The translations under genes were made by a program, and so were the position numbers. A stretch of 64,000 nt of DNA from Malacoraja senta. Lineage: Eukaryota. The notes below the pieces were generated by a model, which was not told where the DNA came from, ran no database searches, and saw only the letters and a list, made by a program, of their open reading frames with translations. Location of the stretch: NCBI GenBank assembly GCA_038087875.1, contig CM075985.1, positions 13,702,001 through 13,766,000 of the forward strand, read 5' to 3'. Positions 39,828-51,886 of this stretch are shown one piece after another (positions within the stretch are counted from its first letter, which is position 1; each line of letters starts with the position of its first letter).

Positions 39828-41127
39828 TAGTGCCCTCCATAATGTTTGGGACAAAGACCCATCATTTATTTATTTGCCTCTGTACTCAATAATTTGAGAT
39901 TTGTAATAGAAAAAAATCACACGTGGTTAAAGTGCATATTGTCAGATTTTAATAAAGGCCATTTTTATTCATTTTGGTTTCACCATGTAGAAATTACAGC
40001 AGTGTTTATACACAGTCCCCCCCCCCCCCCCCCCCCCAATTTCAGGGCACCATAATGTTTGGGACACAGCAATGTCATGTAAATGAAAGTAGTCATGTTT
40101 AGTATTTTGTTGCATATCCTTTGCATGCAATGACTGCTTGAAGTCTGCGATTCATGGACATCACCAGTTGCTGGGTGTCTTCTCTGGTGATGCTCTGCCA
40201 GGCCTGTATTGCAGCCATCTTTAGCTTATGCTTGTTTTGGGGGCTAGTCCCCTTCAGTTTTCTCTTTGGCATATAAAAGGCATGTTCAATTGGGTTCAGA
40301 TCGGGTGATTGACGGCCACTCAAGAATGGACAATTTTTTAAGCTTTGAAATACTCCTTTGTTGCTTCAGCAGTATGTTTGGGATCATTGTCATGCTGTAG
40401 AATGAACCGCCAGCCAATGGGTTTTGAGGCACTTGTTTAAACTTGAGCAGATAGGATGTGTCTATACACTTCAGAATTCATTATGCTACTACCATCAGCA
40501 GTTGTATCATCAATGAAGATAAGTGAACCAGTACCTTCAGCAGCCATACATGCCCAGGCCATAACACCCCCACCACCGTGGTATGCTTTGAATCTTGGGC
40601 AGTTCCTTCTCTCCTCCATACTTTGCTCTTGCCATCACTCGGATATAAGTTAATCTTTGTCTCATCTGTCCACAACTTTTTCCAGAACTGTGGTTGCTCT
40701 TTTAAGAACTTCTTGGCAAACTGTAACCTGGCCATCCTATTTTTGCAGCTAACCAGTGGTTTGCATCTTGCAGTGTAGCCTCTGTATTTCTGTTCATGAA
40801 GTCTTCTGCGGACAGTGGTCATTGACAAATTTACACCTGGCTCCTGAAGAGTGTTTCTGATTTAAACACACCCGAGCAATTACAAATACCTGTGAAGCCA
40901 TATGTCACAAATATTATGGTGCCCTGAAATGGGGGGACTACGTATAAACACAGTTGTAATTTCTACATGGTGAAACCAAAATGTATTAAAAAATACCCTT
41001 TAATAAAATCAGACAATGTGCACTTCAACCACATGTGATTTTTTTCTATTGTAAATCTCAAATTGTGGAGTACAGAGGCAAATAAATAAATGATGGGTCT
41101 TTGTCCCAACCATTATGGAGGGCACTG
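39828..41127 (-). mobile_element. Tc1/mariner (IR-DR type) element, internally deleted, with a degenerate transposase
   Basis: About 230-bp TIRs (C/T)AGTGCCCTCCATAATG... with inner direct repeats. Flanks TA and CA. Minus-strand motifs WTDETKINL, GGGVMAWACM, LQHDNDP and SPDLNPIEH. Confidence 0.92.
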
Positions 41128-44100
41128 CATTCTCTCATCAGGAGTCCTGCTGACTCAAATGTCAACAATCCCTCTCCCCCACTAGACGCTGTTGGACCCT
41201 CTGAGTTCCTCCAGCAGCTCAAGATTACAGCATCAGCATTCTCTTAAGTCTTCATCACCTGCAAATGTGGTATTGAACCACAAACAATGGAACACTTGCT
41301 GAAATGCCCTCAACTGGGAAACCAACCTACAATGAAGATGCCAAGAAGTGTGTTCAGTTCAGTTATCCTATACCGCCTTGTTGGAGTTTGCTGTTCATGT
41401 ACTGGATACCATGTTTTTTAATACTACAATGATGAAAACACATCAAAAGCATTTAGACCGCAAAGCACTTGGGAAGTCCTGAGGTCCTTTATCTTGGTGT
41501 TACCAACATATATATCTCATCAACAAATGATCGACATACACTCTAAACATCGAACAAACTTACTCAATACTTTATATCCTATTAGGAAAAGGCACTTTTT
41601 CCACCAGTTGGGTTTGAGTACTACAGAACAAAGAAAATATAGTATATATAGAAAAGAAAGTATACAACAAAGAAAATAGTGTTTCTACAGACACGTCTAA
41701 TGTACTCTCTCTGAAAAAAAATAGTCACATGCTTTCTGTTATTGTTGTACTGATGGTCCGGGAGGTGAAGAATTTGACAAAGCCATCAGCATAACACTAT
41801 CAAAAAGTTATAACCTTCAATGGTACTTTATTGTCATATGTACATAAGTTGCCATGTTTCCGAAGTCATTTTGTATGATTCAAGTTCAAAGTTGTTCAAA
41901 AGGTTTACCATTACCAAGGACCTCTAACCAGTTTGTCAAAATGCTGGTTTTTGTACTCGATTAGAGAGCTACATCTTTGGGGGTATCACCAATTTTGATG
42001 ATCTTTGCACCTGCCAGAAGCTGTATAATGAGACCAGAGGTAACAATCAATAGGGAACCAGTATAGCTGCCCAGATGGAATATTCTTTCCAGAGATGCTG
42101 CCAGAATTGTTGAATGTGTCCAGTATTTTTTGTTGTAAAATCAATGCAATATTGGTTTTCATCCATCAAACTGGACCTTGTGCCTATTAGCTCCAGCACT
42201 TAGTGAATTTGCATTGATGTACTTTATTTGTACAATTGTGGGAAGCTGACATATTTAGGGTTCTTTAGGTATTATCTAGGCTATTGGAGTTTGTAATAAG
42301 TTTGTTTTAAGTGGCAGAGAGAATGGGGGAGGCTTATGTTGCCATAGTGATAAGCTATTAAAGACACCATCTGGATAGTAGGTATACCTGGGATTGGAAT
42401 GAGCGAATTCTGCTGTTGGTTGTCCATCTGTTATGCTTATTTCTTCCACTAACACTGCATGACTACTGGGTATTTCTCACTTTTAACTGATTAAGGAGAA
42501 TCCCATGGCTTTTTAGACAGACATGAAAACAAGAGGTTTTTTTTTACACCACCAGGGGGTGCTGCACGATGGCAGCCTCGCCAACAGTCTGTCTGTCTTT
42601 CCATCTTTTTTTGTTATTTTTAGTGTTTTAAAAGTTTGTGTTAATGTTCTCTGGTTTGATTTATGTGGGATGTGGTGGGTGAGGAAAGGGGTCGGGGGAA
42701 ACATTTTTTCAAACTCTTACCTTGCCGAAGATGTGATTGTTTTCCAGATCGTATCTCCGGTCGCTCTGCGGCCTAACATCATGGAACTAGAGGCCTTGCT
42801 CGGGACTGACTTTGAGCCCCACCGCGGGGATGTGGACTTACCATCGGAGCCGATCCCTTGCCTGGGATCGACGCTCCAACCGCGGCCTGTGGATTTCACC
42901 AGCGAGGAGCTCGCTATCTCGGGTAGAGACTGATATCGGGAAGCTCCAAACGACGCAGAAGGTTCGACCAGCCCTGACCCGGGGTCAATCGCCCGGCGCG
43001 GGGGAGCTGAGATTCCTCCCCGATGCGGGAGCTTGATCGCCTCGACGCGGAGGGCCCGAACGCCACCGGCTATGGGTGCCAATATCGTCCCGTCAACGGA
43101 AGGCTCGAGGTCCTTTGAACTTTTTTTCGCCTTCCACCACAGTGGGGAATATGGAGGAGTCACTGTGGTGGATGTTCATGTTTAAATGTATTTTGGTGTG
43201 TTTTGTTGCTTTGTAATGGTATGACTGCATGGCAAATCAAATTTCTCGAATGTTGCAAAACATACTTGGCTAATAAAGTATGGTTATGAATATGATTAAC
43301 TTGGGAGAAGGTAGAACCACTCAAGGATAAAAATGAGTTTATGTTTGGAATTCATCCTCTATGTAGGCAAGGAACTAAACAGGTATTTTGCACAGATATT
43401 CATCAAGGAGACGGACATGGAAGATAGTGAAATCAAAGTGGGCTATACTGCTATGCTGAGATTTTGAGGTCAAGAAGGAGGTGGTGCTATGCCTTTTGAA
43501 GAGCATTAAGGTGGATATGCCCCCAGATGTTTGAGTGAGGCAAGAGGGAATTGCATCTTGATGAAGATTGCATCTTGATGAAGATCTTTGTATCTTCTTT
43601 ATATATGATGGGCTCCTGGAGGATTGAAGAGTAGCCGATGTTGTTTCTTTATTTAAGAAGGGAAATAGGGATAATCCAGGAAATTATGGGATGGTGAGCC
43701 TCATATCATTAGTAGAGAAACAATTAGAGAGGATTCTTAGGGATAAGATTTATTTAGCAACAGTCAGTATGATTTTGTGTTGGGCAGGTCATTCTTACAA
43801 ACAATTTTTTTAAGATGGTGATAAAAGTGATTGATCAGGCAAGGTCAGGGGGTGTCTACATGGACTTTATTAAGACATTTGACAAGATCCCTCCTGGTAG
43901 GCTTATCCAGAAGATTAAAATGCATGGGATCCACAGCAACTTTATAGTTTGGATTCAGAACGGGTTTATCCACAGAAGACAGGTGAGTCGTGGTTCTGCT
44001 TGTAGGTCTGTAACCAAGGGTGTTGCACAAGGATTTCTACATCAACTTCTGTTGTTTGTGATGTCGAGTCAAGAGTGTTTCATTGTCATATGTCCCAGAT

Positions 44101-44208
44101 AGAGCAATGAAATTATTACTTGCAGCAGCACAACAGAATATGTAAACATAGTACATTGTAAGCAATATACTAAACGAGAGAGAAAAAAGTTCAGTGTGTG
44201 TATATATA

Positions 44209-44352
44209 CAGTGCATTCAGAAAGTATTCAGACCCCTTCACGTTTTCCACATTTTCCACAGCCTTATTCTAAAATGGATTAAATTCATTTTTTTCATCAT
44301 CAATCTACACACAATACCCCATTATAAAAAAGTGAAAACAGGTGTTTAGAAA
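44209..44352. mobile_element. Terminal fragment of a second Tc1 family
   Basis: TA|CAGTGCATTCAGAAAGTATTCAGACCCC, a typical fish Tc1 terminus. Truncated at the adjacent Helitron. Confidence 0.7.
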
Positions 44353-46120
44353 CACCTGGTCCCCCAACGCAATCCATTCCCCCAACGCAATATTCCACCA
44401 CTCACCCATAACCCCCAACTGTGCATTTCCCCTCATCCCCAGCACTCTCTTCCCTCCTCTTCACCGTCCCTCTTCTTTCCCCTATCCTCTTCCCCTCCCC
44501 CAATCCCTCCCTCTCCTTTCCCCTACCCTCAGTCATTCCCTCCCTCCATAACTCCTCTCCACTCCCTACCCCCCTAATATACCCCACATCTCACCCCCAT
44601 ATCCCCCCCCACTATCCCTCTATCCCCCTTCTTCCCCCACCTCCCTCCTCGCCCTCTATTCCCCACTTCCTACCTCCCCCACTCCCCTGCTCTCCGTCTA
44701 TTCCCCCTGCTCTCCGTCTATTCCCCCTGCTCTCCCTCCATTTCCCCTGCTCTCCGTCTATTCCCCCTCCTCCCCAACTCTCCCTCCTCACCTCCCCCTC
44801 TTCCTTTCCCTCTCCTCCTACCCACCCCCAGTCCCTACCTCACCTCTCCTTTCCCCTACTCAGTCACTCCCTCCCTCCATAACTCCTCTCCCCTCCCTAC
44901 CCCCTCCTCTCCCTCTATCCCCCCTCCTCCCCCACTCTCCCTTCTCACCTCCCCCACTTTCCCCTCCCTTTCGCTCCCTCCTCCTCTCCCTCAATCCCAA
45001 CTCCCTCCTCACCTCCCCCACTTTCTCCCCTCTCCCTCAATCCCCCCACATCTCCCTCATCACCTCCCCCAGGATCTCGAGGTTGCCGCTCCTCTCCCTT
45101 CTTCCATGCCCCGGAAGAGTGTCAGCCGTCGGCACCCACAGAACCAGGCCTCAGATCCTTGGCGCAGCCCTGGAGCCAAAGCAGCTATGGCCGCCGGCCG
45201 AGGCGGGCGGCGCAGGCAGAGGTGGGCACCGGCAGAGGCAGGCGGGTGTCGGTGATGACAGCGGACGTGGCCAATCAGTGCGGCGATGGTGCAGGAAGGG
45301 GCGTCGCCATCCCAGCGGTGACTGACAGGAGAGGAGACCAATCTGCGCATGTACAGTTTTTAAGATTTTGAAACCTTAATAACTTTTAAAATATACCACC
45401 GATCGGAACAAAACTTGTTGCACTTGCAGCACAGGAGAATGATGAGTAAGGTGCCGTAGCGTTATCGTATACCATTTTTGCGCAAATGTAAAAAAAAAAA
45501 ACCCGGTAGATAACAAGATGAGAGTTTTAGTTATGTACTAGACTAAGTGGGACCCGTTGGGTCCCAGCTTCACACGGGAGGGCTGGTCCCCCAACGCAAT
45601 ATTCCACCTCTCCACCAATTCCAATATTGCTGGCCAGTGGGGGGGGGGGGGCTTTCTGGAGCACTAGAGTGGGTGTTGTGGGCCAAAGGGACTGGTTTCC
45701 AGACCACATAAAACCACATAAGAGCACATAAGAGCAGATAAAGGGCACTCACAGTTCAGTAGACACAGTGTTGTGTAGATTCCCAGCTGAGACGGAGAGT
45801 CGTGGACTCTCCCTCACCATCTTGCAGCGACCGAGCCATGCCAAGACTTCCGGGTTTTATAGTCCTTCCCCCCGGAAGGGGCGTGGCCTTCATCGCGGTG
45901 ATTGACAGGAGAGAGAATCTCAAGATTTTTTTAACACTAAATCTCTTTTATTTTTCATTGATGAGAAAATTCCTCAGGGCCTGATCATCGGAGGAGGATT
46001 CTGAGTAAGATGGCCAAAACATCACAGCCATATATGGTAGCGTTTTTTCTAAAATCAAACAACAGCACAAACAGGAAGTGGTCAAGATGAAACTTTTAAT
46101 TATATAGATGTGTGTATAGA
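44353..46120 (-). mobile_element. Outer non-autonomous Helitron, 3' end missing, with C-rich low-complexity tract
   Basis: Shares CTGGTCCCCCAACGCAATATTCCACC, TGACAGGAGAG and CAAGATGA..TTTTA blocks with the inner Helitron. Its 5' terminal segment appears to resume after 46108 and to end near 46120. Confidence 0.6.
45538..46108 (-). mobile_element. Complete non-autonomous Helitron
   Basis: On the minus strand it reads A|TCTATATAATTAAAAG ... TGGGACCC-AAC-GGGTCCCA hairpin (45548-45566) ... CTAG|T. This is the canonical TC/CTRR, hairpin and A|T target pattern, with no TSD. Confidence 0.88.
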
Positions 46121-47096
46121 TAGATAGATATATGCATTGGCAGCTACTCAGTAAAATCAGTTCCTTCAAGTCAATTAAGTTTTATGCATCTTGATGGGTT
46201 ACATATTAATGACATTTAGTTGTTAACAGATATGATATAGTTGGGATTACGGAGACATGACTCCAGGGTGACCAAGGCTGGGAGCTCAAAATGCAGGGGT
46301 GCTCAGGAAGGATAGACAGAAAAGAAGAGGAGGTAGGGTGGCATTGCTGGTTAAAGAGGAGGCTAATGCAATAATCTCCTAATGAGAGACATTAGCTTGG
46401 AAGATATAGAATCAGTATGGGTAGAACTGCGAAATAGCCAAGGGCAGAAAACGCTTGTTGGAGTTGTGTACAGACCACCAAACAGCAATAGTGAGGTTGG
46501 GGATAGCATCAAACAGGAAATTAGTGATGCCTGCAGCAAAGGTACAGCAGTATCATGGGTGACTTTAGTCTACATATAGATTGGGCTAACCAAATTGGTA
46601 ACAACACTGAGGAAGATTTCCTGGAGTGTATACCAGGCCATCCGAGACTGGGTATTGTGTAATGAGAAAGGATTAGTTAGCAATCTTGTTGTGTAAAGCC
46701 CCTTGGGCAACAGTGACCATAATATAGTAGAATTCTGCATTAAGATGGAGAGTGACACGATTAATTCAGAGACATGGGTCCTGAAAAAGAAAGGTAACTT
46801 TGATGGAATGAGATGGGAATTTGGCTAGGATAGACTGACAAATTATTCTTAAAGGGTTGACGTTGGATATGCAATGGCAAAGATTTGTAATGTGTAATCG
46901 CATGGATGAATTACAACAATTGTTCATCCCTATCTGGCGTAAAAATAAAACAGGGAAGGCTGCTCAACCGTGGCAAACAAGGTAAATTAGGGATAGTGTT
47001 AAATCCAAGGAAGAAGCATGTAAATTGGCCAGAAGCAGCAAACCAGAGGACTGGGGAAAATTTAGAATTCCAGGGGAGGACAAAGGTGTTAATTAA

Positions 47097-48177
47097 TGGA
47101 GCTGACTGTTCAGATGACTGCAGGAGACTATGCGGTCGCCACATGCTGGTGGGTGGTTGCCGGGTAGTCGCCTTCATGGTCGTGAGTTCCCGCATTCTGA
47201 GAACTAGTCGTGGCCTCATTATGGTCGCCGCGAATATTTCAACATTTTGAAAAATTAGCGGCGACAAGAATGAAGCCACCATGGAGAGTAGCGAGAATTC
47301 CTGCGCCGTAGGTGCAGTGGTAGTGGGTTGCCATGAGGTCAAATGTTGTTGTAAGTTATCGTAGGTTGTAGTCGGTGCTGACTGGTGAATTTCATTGGCT
47401 CATTAGGAAAAAAAAACGTAAGCAGTAGTTTTCAGAACCAAGGATAACTGACCGGTACTGTTAATGTCCGCCGTGCTTCACAGCTATGTATCTCTGGTTT
47501 CTTAAAAGTTGTCTCCACTCCTTCTCCCCCCCCCACTTTTAAAGGACTTATGTGACCCTTCTCGTACACTGTGCTTTCACCGTCTTAATTACAGCACCAA
47601 CCTTCCTGTTCATCGCGGCAGTCGCCTGAAAAATCGCCTAAAGGGCCTGTCCCACGGGCATGCAACTCCATGCGGCAAGCGCGACCTAACCGCAAGCGGG
47701 GGCCGTGTGGGGGCCTGGCGGAGGTCGCGGGGCCGGTCCCACTTCGATCGCCGGAGCCTTATGGAGTTGTGCGGAGCTGGTCCCGACATCGCGCGGGGCT
47801 CCGAAAAACTGACACTGTTCAAAAATTCCGTGCGGCAACGGCCTGCCGCCCCGCAGCCGCATCGAGGCCGTGCGTGCCGCATCGGCGCCCATGTGCACCG
47901 CCTCGACGCCGGACGCAGCCGCCTCGAAGCCGGACGCAGCCGCATCGAGGCTGTGCACACCGCCTCACCGCCGTACGCACCGTCTTGACGTCACTCGACC
48001 TCCGCGCGGCCCCCTGCTTCCGATTTGGTAGCGCTTGCCGCATGCAGCCGCATGCTGGTGGGACCGGCCCTGTACGGGGATCACTCGACCTCCGCACGGC
48101 CCCCGCTTGCGGTTTGGTCGCGCTTGCCGCATGGAGTCGCATGCCCGTGGGACAGGCCCTTAAGTGGGACAGGCCCA
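47097..48177. mobile_element. Harbinger MITE of the same family as 22219-22668, inserted in CR1
   Basis: Body alignable with 22240-22668. Right end GTGGGACAGGCCCA|TAA, left flank TAA; left TIR degenerate. Confidence 0.8.
47642..48160. mobile_element. GC-rich Harbinger MITE nested in the right TIR of the previous MITE
   Basis: TAA|AGGGCCTGTCCCACGGGCATGC ... GCATGCCCGTGGGACAGGCCCT|TAA, with about 45 bp of near-perfect TIR. Confidence 0.92.
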
Positions 48178-49727
48178 TAAGAGGGGGAAAAAAGAACATG
48201 AAAGAAAGCTTGTGGGGAATATAAAAACTGGCTGTAAAAGCTTCTATAGATATGTGAAGTGGAAAAGATTAGTGGACAAATGTAGGTCCCTTACAGTCAG
48301 AAATAAGTGAATTTATAATGGGAAACAAGGAAATGGCTGACCAGTTAAAACAAGTACTTTGGTTCTGTCTTCACTAAAGAAGTCACAAACAATCTCCCAG
48401 AAATACTAGCGGACCGTGGATCTAGTGGGAGGGAGGAACTGAAGGAAATCCACATTATCAGGAAATGGTATTAGGTAAGTTTTGGGACTGAAGGCAGATT
48501 AATCCCTAGGGCCTGATGGTCTGCATCCCAGAGTACTCAAGGAGGTGGTCCTAGAAATCGCAGATGCATTGGTGATCATTTTCCAATGTTCTATAGACTC
48601 TGGATCAGTTCCTGTGGACTGGAGGGGAGCTAATGTAATCCCACATTTTAAGAAAGGAGGTAGAGAGAAAACAGAGAATTATAGACCAGTTAGCCTGACA
48701 TAGGTAGTGGGGAAGATGTTTGAGACGATTATTAAAGATGTAATTGCAGCGCATTTGGAAAGCAGTGTAGGATCGGATCCGATCGGTCAAAGTCAGCATG
48801 GGTTTATGAAGGGGAAATCATGCTTGACTAATCTTCTGGAATTTTTTTGAGGATGTACCAAGTAGAATGGATAAGGGAGAGCCAATGGATGTGGAATATA
48901 TGGACTTTCAAAAAGCTTTTGACATGGTCCCACACAAGAGATTAGTGTGCAAAATAAGAGCAAATGGTATTGGGGGTAGGGTGTTGACATGGATAGAGAA
49001 TAGGTTGGCAGACAGGAAGCAAAGAGTAGGAATTAACAGGTCCTTTTCAGAATGGCAGGCAGTGACTAGTGAGATGCCGCAAAGCTCAGTGCTGGGACCC
49101 CAGTCATTTACAATATATATTAAAGCTTTAGACAAAGGAATTAAATGTAACATCTCCAAGTTTGCGGATGACACAAGGCAAGGTGGCAGTGTGAGCTGTG
49201 AGGAGGATGGGTGACTTGGATAGGTTGGATGAGTGGGCAGATGCAAGGCAGATGCAGTATAATGTGGATACATGTGAGGTTATCTACTTTGGTGGCAAGA
49301 ACAAGGTGGCAGATTATTATCTGAATGGTGTCAGATTAAGAAAAGGGGGAGTGCAACGAGAACTGGGTGTCCTTGTAAATCAGTCACTGAAAGTACGCAT
49401 GCAGGTACAGCAGGCTGTGTACAAAGCAAATGGCATGTTGGCCTTCATAGCGAGAGGATTTGAGTATAGGAGCAAGGAAATCTTACTGTTGTTGTACACG
49501 GCCCTAGTGAGACCAGACCTGGAGTATTGTGCAGTTTTGGTCTCCTAATTTGAGGAAGGACATTCTTGCTATTGAGGGTGTGCAGCGTAAGTTTACCAGG
49601 TTAATTCCTGTGATGGTGGGACTGACATATGATGAAAGAAAGGATCGACTGGGCTTATATTCACAGGAATTTAGACGGAAAAAGAGGGGATCTTATAGAA
49701 ACATATAAAATTCTTAAGGGATTAGGC

Positions 49728-50723
49728 ATAGACATAGACATAAAAAATAGGTATAGGAGGAGGCCATTCGGCCTTTCGAGCCAGCTCCGCCATTCATTGT
49801 GATCATGGCTGATCATCCACAATCAGTAACCCGTGCCTGCCTTCTCCCATACCCCTTGATTCCGCAAGCCTCAAGAGCTCCATCTAACTCTCTTTTAAAT
49901 TCATCCAGTGAATTGGCCTCCACGGCCTTCAGTGAATACAAGCCATTTCCAATCTTTCCTCATATGACAATCCCGCCATCCCGGGCATTAACCTCGTGAA
50001 CCTACGCTGCACTCCCTCGATAGCAAGGATGTCCTTCCTCAAATTAGGAGACCAAAATTGCACACAATACTCCAGATGTTGTCTCACCAGGGCCCTGTAC
50101 AACTGCAGAAAGACCTCTTTACTCCTATACTCAAATCAAAAATGCCATTAGCTTTCTTCAATGCCTGATGCACATGCATGTTTACTTTCAGTGACTGGTG
50201 TACAAGGACACCCAGGTCTCATTGCACTTCCCTTTTTCCTAATCTGACGCCAGTGAGATAATAATCTCCCCCCTTGTTTTTGCCATCAAAGTGGATAACC
50301 TCACATTTATCTACATTATACTGCATCTGCCATATATCTACCCACTCGCGCAACCTGTCCAAGTCACCCTGCAACCTCCTAGCATCCTCTTTGCAATTCA
50401 CACTGTCACCCAGTTTTGTGTAATCTGCAAATTTGCTTGTGTTACTTTTAATCCCATCATCTAAATCATTAATATATATTGTAAATAGTTGCGGCCCCAG
50501 CACCGAGCCTTGCGGCACTCCTTGCCATTCTGACAGGGACTCGTTTATTCCTACTCTTTGTTTCCTGTCTGCCAACCAATGCTCTATCCAGGTCAATACC
50601 CTACCCCCAATACCATGTGCTATAATTTTGCCTACTAATCTCCTGTGTGGGACCTTATCAAAGGCTGTCTGGAAGTCCAGATACACTACATCCACTGTCT
50701 CTCCTTCATCTATTTTACTTGTC
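49728..50723 (-). mobile_element. CR1 LINE fragment inserted antisense within the long CR1
   Basis: ORF 50219-50725 VDVVYLDFQTAFDKVPH..GVPQGSVLGP..SKFAD. Tail (CATAGA)n near 49728. The host CR1 resumes at AGGCTAGATGCAGG. Confidence 0.85.
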
Positions 50724-51886
50724 ACAGGCTAGATGCAGGAAAAATGTTCCCCATGTTGGGGTAGTCCAGAACTAGGTGTCACAGTTCAAGAATAAGGGGT
50801 AGGCCATTTAGGACTGAGATGAGGAAAAACATTTTCACTCAGAGAGTTGTGAATCTGTGGAATTCTCTGCCACAGAAGGCAGTGGAGGCCCGAAGAAGGG
50901 TTTCGGCCCGAAACGTTGCCTATTTCCTTCGCTCCATAGATGCTGCTGCACCCGCTGAGTTTCTCCAGCACTTTTGTCTACCAGTGGAGGCCAATTCACT
51001 GGATGTTTTCAAGAAAGAGTTTGATTTTCAAGAAAGGGCTAACGGAATCAAGTGATATGGGGAGAAAACAGGAATGGGGTACTGACTTTGGATGATCAGC
51101 CATGATCATATTGAATGGCTTACTCGTGCACCTATTTTCTATGTTTGATAACTAGTACTATGTGAGCAATGTCACACTTTTACAGAGATTTATTCAAACA
51201 GGAAAATATAGAAAGGACCTATAATAACATTGATGTTAACTTGTAGAGGTGTATAGCATCTATGCTACTTGTTGAAATGACAGGAAGAACAAGATTTCAA
51301 GATTAAAGTAAAGATAAATGACCAGCCAGTGGAAATGAATGTAGAAAAAACAGTGGATTGTTTTATCATGGATAGAAATAGCTGCAGAAGGAATTACATC
51401 CACTACCTATGTCAAAAAGTACACTAGGTTTTAAGACATACTCCACTGACTTAAGGTATTGGTCAAATAAAATGCGCTTCATGTTATAATGGTCAACAAT
51501 TAGAATTGACAATAGAATAGCTCAAATCCAGAGTGACTGACATTAATAGGCAAAGATTTCCTAATTGATTGGAAATGCATATGATGTCCGTATGTAGATA
51601 TTGTAAAGTAACACTTGGAAAAGCTGTTAAACAATAAGAATTTTTGGTTATTTATATGGTAATACTCTCACACATTTGCATCTAAAGTATTGCCAAACCA
51701 GTACATTGTAAACCTTTGTTGGGGCCATGCTGCTTAAAACATCATGTCGAGGAAATTTTTTACAAGCTGAAGAAGAACGGAATCTGAATGGAACCAACTC
51801 AAAGTGAAAGAAAATGTGTAGTGCCCAAGACTACACAATGGTTAGATTATGTGGTGACTATACAATGGTCCTTAATAAGGCATTCA

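Larger units (their letters stand above)
46205..51146 (+). mobile_element. Long decayed CR1 LINE ORF2 (APE endonuclease + RT) carrying nested insertions
   Basis: ESVWVELRN..VGVVYRPPN (EN), NYRPVSLT, QHGFMKGKSCLTNL, DFQKAFD, SVLGP, SKFADDT, FFTQRVVNLWNSLP-like C-terminus, and a CR1 3' end CCTATTTTCTATGTT. Confidence 0.9.

Noticed and set aside
44342-44882. Pro/Ser-rich ORFs up to 153 aa
   Set aside because: Translation of a C-rich low-complexity tract inside a Helitron; no domain signal.
47509-48224. Overlapping Arg/Ala-rich ORFs on both strands (also 18817-19471, 29200-29861, 42523-43163, 59235-59823)
   Set aside because: Stop-poor GC-rich interiors of MITEs and non-autonomous retroelements. 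Frames are not conserved between copies.
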